From: Actinomycetota bacterium
GTDB taxonomy: Bacteria > Actinomycetota > UBA4738 > HRBIN12
Length of the DNA: 64,000 nucleotides
NCBI GenBank assembly: GCA_035490535.1
Contig: DATHCP010000010.1
Span: forward strand, 1,088-65,087
Direction: 5' to 3'
The position numbers and the translations under genes were made by a program. Shown in pieces: positions 60,456-64,000 of the stretch. The notes below the pieces were generated by a model. The model ran no database searches and had not been told where the DNA came from. It worked only from the letters and a program-made list of their open reading frames with translations. The number at the start of each line of letters is the position of its first letter. The stretch's first letter is position 1.

Positions 60456-60793
60456 CACAGCTCCGCTCCGCACTTGCGGCACACGCGGACCTTCACGCCG
60501 TCGGCGTTCACCGTGTGCCCGATCCGGGTCGGCTGGTGGCAGCTCTTGCAGACCAGCATCACGTTGGAGATGTTCACGAACATCTCCACGTCGATGATGC
60601 CGCCCTGCTGCAGCTGGGTGCCGGCGCTGGTGCGGCGGCCGCTGGTCCGCGAGTGCTTCTTGGCCAGGGCGACCCCGTCCACCATCACGCGGCCCTCGCG
60701 GGGCTGCACGCGGACGACGCGGCCTTCCTTGCCGCGATCCTTGCCCGCGATCACGCGGACCATGTCGTCCTTCTTGATGTCCAGGCCCGGCAT
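60455..60793 (-). CDS. rplX: 50S ribosomal protein L24 with C-terminal C4 zinc ribbon
   Basis: KOW domain [18 protein letters not shown]; C-terminal CKSCHQ...CRKCG. Confidence 0.9.
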   Translation of the reverse strand: MPGLDIKKDDMVRVIAGKDRGKEGRVVRVQPREGRVMVDGVALAKKHSRTSGRRTSAGTQLQQGGIIDVEMFVNISNVMLVCKSCHQPTRIGHTVNADGVKVRVCRKCGAEL

Positions 60794-61165
60794 CTACAGC
60801 ACCTCCGGCGCCAGCGAGATGATCTTCATGAACCGCTTCTCGCGGAGCTCGCGCGCCACCGGTCCGAAGATGCGCGTGCCGCGCGGGTTCCGGGCGTCGC
60901 CCGTCAGCAGCACGACCGCGTTGTCGTCGAACCGGATGTACGAGCCGTCCGGGCGCCGCCGCTCCTTCGCGGTGCGCACCACGACGGCCTTCACGACCTC
61001 CCCCTTCTTCACGGCGCCGTTCGGGATCGCGTCCTTCACGGTGCCGACGATCACGTCTCCCACGCCGGCGTACCGGCGGGCCGACCCGCCGAGGACGCGG
61101 ATGCACAGGACCTCCTTGGCCCCCGTGTTGTCCGCGACCTTGCAGCGCGTCTCCTGCTGGATCAC
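60794..61165 (-). CDS. rplN: 50S ribosomal protein L14
   Basis: [27 protein letters not shown]. Confidence 0.93.
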   Translation of the reverse strand: MIQQETRCKVADNTGAKEVLCIRVLGGSARRYAGVGDVIVGTVKDAIPNGAVKKGEVVKAVVVRTAKERRRPDGSYIRFDDNAVVLLTGDARNPRGTRIFGPVARELREKRFMKIISLAPEVL

Positions 61166-61432
61166 TTACTTCGCCCTCTCCACGACCTCGACGACCCGCC
61201 AGCGCTTCGACTTGCTGATCGGGCGGGTCTCCATCACGCGGACCGTGTCGCCCTCGTGCGCGTCGTTCGTCTCGTCGTGCGCGGCCAGCTTCGAGGACCG
61301 TCGAACGATCTTGCCGTACAAGGGATGCCGCACCTGGCGGTCGATCCGGACGACGACGGTCTTGTCCATCTTGTCCGAGACGACGATGCCGGTGCGCACC
61401 TTGCGGCGCCCCCGCGTCTGCGTGTCACTCAC
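61166..61432 (-). CDS. rpsQ: 30S ribosomal protein S17
   Basis: [32 protein letters not shown]. Confidence 0.92.
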   Translation of the reverse strand: MSDTQTRGRRKVRTGIVVSDKMDKTVVVRIDRQVRHPLYGKIVRRSSKLAAHDETNDAHEGDTVRVMETRPISKSKRWRVVEVVERAK

Positions 61433-61694
61433 CGTCCTCGTCCTCCTCTGACCCCTCGTCGCGGGCCTCGGCCTGGGCGGCGAGCGTGTCGAGCTCCAGC
61501 TCGATCTCGCGCTCGCGCAGCACCGTGGCCAGGCGCGCCACGTCGTGGCGCAGCTCCTTCAGGCGGGCGACGTTGTCCAGCTGCCCGGTCGCGAGCTGGA
61601 AGCGCAGGTTGAACAGCTCCTCCTTCGCCCCCTCGATCCGGACGTACAGCTCCTCGTCCGGCAGCTCGCGCAGCTCCGCGGCCTTGCTCGGCAT
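61425..61694 (-). CDS. rpmC: 50S ribosomal protein L29 with acidic C-terminal tail
   Basis: [33 protein letters not shown]; tail [14 protein letters not shown]. Confidence 0.88.
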   Translation of the reverse strand: MPSKAAELRELPDEELYVRIEGAKEELFNLRFQLATGQLDNVARLKELRHDVARLATVLREREIELELDTLAAQAEARDEGSEEDEDGE

Positions 61695-61697
61695 CGC

Positions 61698-62111
61698 CTA
61701 CTCCCCCACCCGCGTGATGAACTTCGTCCGTATCGGCAGCTTGTGCTGCGCCCGCAGCATCGCCTCGCGCGCGAGCGACTCGTTCACGCCGGCCAGCTCG
61801 AACATCACGCGCCCGGGCTTCACGACCGCGACCCATCCCTCCGGGTTGCCCTTGCCGGAGCCCATGCGGGTCTCGGCCGGCTTCTTCGTGACCGGCTTGT
61901 CCGGGAAGATCGTGATCCACACCTTGCCGCCGCGCTTGATGTGGCGCGTCATCGCGACACGGCTCGCCTCGATCTGGCGGTTCGTGATCCAGCCGGGCTC
62001 GAGCGCGACGATCGCGTAGTCGCCGTACTGGATGTCCGTGTGGCCCGTCGCCTTGCCCTTCATGCGGCCGCGATGGACCTTCCGGTGCTTCACGCGCTTG
62101 GGTGCGAGCAC
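61698..62111 (-). CDS. rplP: 50S ribosomal protein L16
   Basis: [43 protein letters not shown]. Confidence 0.93.
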   Translation of the reverse strand: MLAPKRVKHRKVHRGRMKGKATGHTDIQYGDYAIVALEPGWITNRQIEASRVAMTRHIKRGGKVWITIFPDKPVTKKPAETRMGSGKGNPEGWVAVVKPGRVMFELAGVNESLAREAMLRAQHKLPIRTKFITRVGE

Positions 62112-62987
62112 CTACGTCACCTCGCCCTCGGGCGCCGGAGCGGCCTCGGGCGCCGGAGCGACCTCTGCGGCCTCCGCGGCCTCGACCACGGCCTCGACCG
62201 GAGCACCCACCGCGACCTCCTGCGAGGCTTCGATCTTCGGCACGTCCTTCTCCAGGGAGGCCGCCGTCTCCTTCTCCGCCTCGTCGGACCGCCGCGCCCG
62301 CGCCGTCGCACGCGCCCGGGCCCGCTCGGTCTCCTGCTCGCGGTAGGGCACCTCGTCGCCGTGGTAGACCCACACCTTCACGCCGATCGCGCCCATCGTG
62401 GTCTTCGCCTCGGCCGTGCCGAAGTCGACCTTCGCGCGCAGCGTGTGCAGGGGCACGCGGCCCTCGCGGTACCACTCCTTGCGCCCCATGTCCGAGCCGC
62501 CCAGTCGGCCGCCGGCCGCCACGCGCACCCCGAGGGCGCCCGAGCGCATCGCGGTCTGGACCGCCCGGCGCATCGCCCGGCGGAACGCGACCCGGCCGAC
62601 GAGCTGCTCGGCCACGCCCTGGGCGAGCAGCGTCGCGTCGGTCTCCGGCCGGACCTCGCTGGAGGCCTGGTTCATGTCCTCGACCTTCACGTCGACGCGC
62701 TTCTTCGTGTAGCGCTCGATGTCCTTGCGCAGCCGGTCGACCTCCGCCCCCTTGCGCCCGATCACGATGCCGGGGCGGGCGGTGCGGATGAAGACCCAGA
62801 TCTGGTCGCCCTTGCGCTCGATGTCGATCGAGGAGATGCCGGCGCGGGTCAGCCGCGAGCGGATGTGCTTGCGGATCCAGATGTCCTCGTGGAGCTGCTC
62901 GGCGTAGTCACGCTTCGCGTACCAGTTGCTCTTCCAGGGGTAGATCACCCCCAGCCGGAACCCGTACGGGTGGATCTTGTGTCCCAC
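62112..62987 (-). CDS. rpsC: 30S ribosomal protein S3 with Ala/Glu-rich C-terminal extension
   Basis: MGHKIHPYGFRLGVIYPWKSNWYA... KH domain; tail ...EAAEVAPAPEAAPAPEGEVT. Confidence 0.92.
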   Translation of the reverse strand: MGHKIHPYGFRLGVIYPWKSNWYAKRDYAEQLHEDIWIRKHIRSRLTRAGISSIDIERKGDQIWVFIRTARPGIVIGRKGAEVDRLRKDIERYTKKRVDVKVEDMNQASSEVRPETDATLLAQGVAEQLVGRVAFRRAMRRAVQTAMRSGALGVRVAAGGRLGGSDMGRKEWYREGRVPLHTLRAKVDFGTAEAKTTMGAIGVKVWVYHGDEVPYREQETERARARATARARRSDEAEKETAASLEKDVPKIEASQEVAVGAPVEAVVEAAEAAEVAPAPEAAPAPEGEVT

Positions 62988-63340
62988 TACGCCCCTCCGT
63001 CCTGCCCGATCGTCTCGACCACCAGCGTCACGTGCGAGGTGCGCTTGCGCACCCGGGTGGCGCGGCCGTACGCGCGCGGCCGATACCGCTTCAGCGTCGG
63101 CCCCTCGTCGACCCAGGCCCGCGCGACCACCAGGTTCTCGGCGATCACGCCCGGGCGCTGCTCGGCGTTCGCGACCGCGGAGCGCAGGAGCTTCTCGACG
63201 TCCTCGGACGCGCCGAGGCTGGAGAAGCGCAGGATCCGCTGGGCCTCCGCCACGTGCTGGCCGCGGATCAGCTCGATCACGCGCCGCATCTTGCGCGGCG
63301 AGGTCCGCACGTACTTCATCGTGGCCCGCGCCTCCGGCAC
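62987..63340 (-). CDS. rplV: 50S ribosomal protein L22
   Basis: ATMKYVRTSPRKMRRVIELIRGQHVAEAQRIL. Confidence 0.92.
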   Translation of the reverse strand: MPEARATMKYVRTSPRKMRRVIELIRGQHVAEAQRILRFSSLGASEDVEKLLRSAVANAEQRPGVIAENLVVARAWVDEGPTLKRYRPRAYGRATRVRKRTSHVTLVVETIGQDGGA

Positions 63341-63341
63341 C

Positions 63342-63623
63342 TCAGCGCACCCCCGTCCGGCGCTCGTCGCGGGCGTGCGAGCGGAACGTGCGCGTGGGCG
63401 CGAACTCGCCGAGCTTGTGCCCGACCATCGCCTCGGACACGAACACCGGCACGTGCTTGCGCCCGTCGTGCACCGCGATCGTGTGCCCGATCATGTCCGG
63501 CACGATCGTCGAGCGGCGCGACCAGGTTCGCACGACCTTCTTCTCGTTCTTGCGGTTCATGTCGTCGACCTTCTTCATCAGGTGCTCGTCGACGAACGGA
63601 CCCTTCTTCACGCTGCGGGGCAT
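63342..63623 (-). CDS. rpsS: 30S ribosomal protein S19
   Basis: [57 protein letters not shown]. Confidence 0.94.
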   Translation of the reverse strand: MPRSVKKGPFVDEHLMKKVDDMNRKNEKKVVRTWSRRSTIVPDMIGHTIAVHDGRKHVPVFVSEAMVGHKLGEFAPTRTFRSHARDERRTGVR

Positions 63624-64000
63624 CTAGCCACGACCTTTCCCGCGGCGCCGCACGATGTACTTGTTCGACGCCTTGTTCTTCTTCCGGGTGCGGCCCTCCT
63701 TCTGACCCCACGGCGACGTGGGGTGCCGGCCGCCCGAGGACTTGCCCTCGCCGCCGCCCAGCGGGTGGTCGACCGGGTTCATCGCCACGCCGCGGACCGA
63801 GGGGCGCACGCGCTTCCAGCGGTTCCGGCCGGCCTTGCCCAGCGAGATCAGCTCGTGCTCGGCGTTGCCGACCGCGCCGACCGTCGCCTTGCAGGCCGAG
63901 GGGACCAGCCGCGTCTCGCCCGAGGGCAGGCGCAGCGTGGCCATCGTGCCCTCCTTGGCCATCAGCTGGACGCTGGTGCCGGCCGAGCGCGCCATCTTGG
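63624..64000 (-). CDS. rplB: 50S ribosomal protein L2 (C-terminal part; gene continues past window end)
   Basis: ...[14 protein letters not shown]...[30 protein letters not shown]...; no start within window. Confidence 0.9.
   Translation of the reverse strand, partial: KMARSAGTSVQLMAKEGTMATLRLPSGETRLVPSACKATVGAVGNAEHELISLGKAGRNRWKRVRPSVRGVAMNPVDHPLGGGEGKSSGGRHPTSPWGQKEGRTRKKNKASNKYIVRRRGKGRG

Overview
High-GC (~70%+) actinobacterium-like chromosomal window. A conserved backbone lies on the minus strand: rplB through secY-adk-map-infA-rpmJ-rpsM-rpsK-rpoA-rplQ-truA, then rplM-rpsI, glmM-glmS, acpS-nnr-alr, tsaE-tsaB-rimI-tsaD, and groES-groEL with a perfect CIRCE operator. Three blocks of accessory genes interrupt this backbone. 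Block 1 (truA to rplM): a sulfide/persulfide-handling module (cupin, DsrE-like, TusA, SQR-like, TusA, DsrE-like), a divergent LysR/TauE pair, and a large repeat-propeller protein. Block 2 (rpsI to glmM): M23 peptidase, DUF2007, a pstC-pstA-pstB-pstS operon in unusual order with a C-terminally anchored PstS, two further PstS-family paralogs flanking a sortase-fold protein whose TLxTC cysteine and catalytic histidine appear substituted, a Vgb-like propeller, and an ars cluster (arsR, arsM, ArsR-ArsC fusion, CoADR-like flavoprotein) with a Cys-rich 10-codon mini-ORF next to the arsR operator. Block 3 (tsaD to groES): an epimerase, a double-zinc-ribbon/adenylate-cyclase/STAND-NTPase/TPR signalling protein, a beta-lactamase-fold hydrolase, a PAS-like protein, an APH-like kinase and two tandem paralogous ~48-aa-repeat propeller proteins ending in Cys-Cys. 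Repeated CCGTTCACC direct repeats (Pho-box-like) precede pstC and the PstS-paralog genes. GTGA/ATGA start-stop overlaps are pervasive. No transposase, integrase, tRNA, rRNA or CRISPR was recognised. Many long antisense or off-frame ORFs in the track are GC-driven artefacts.
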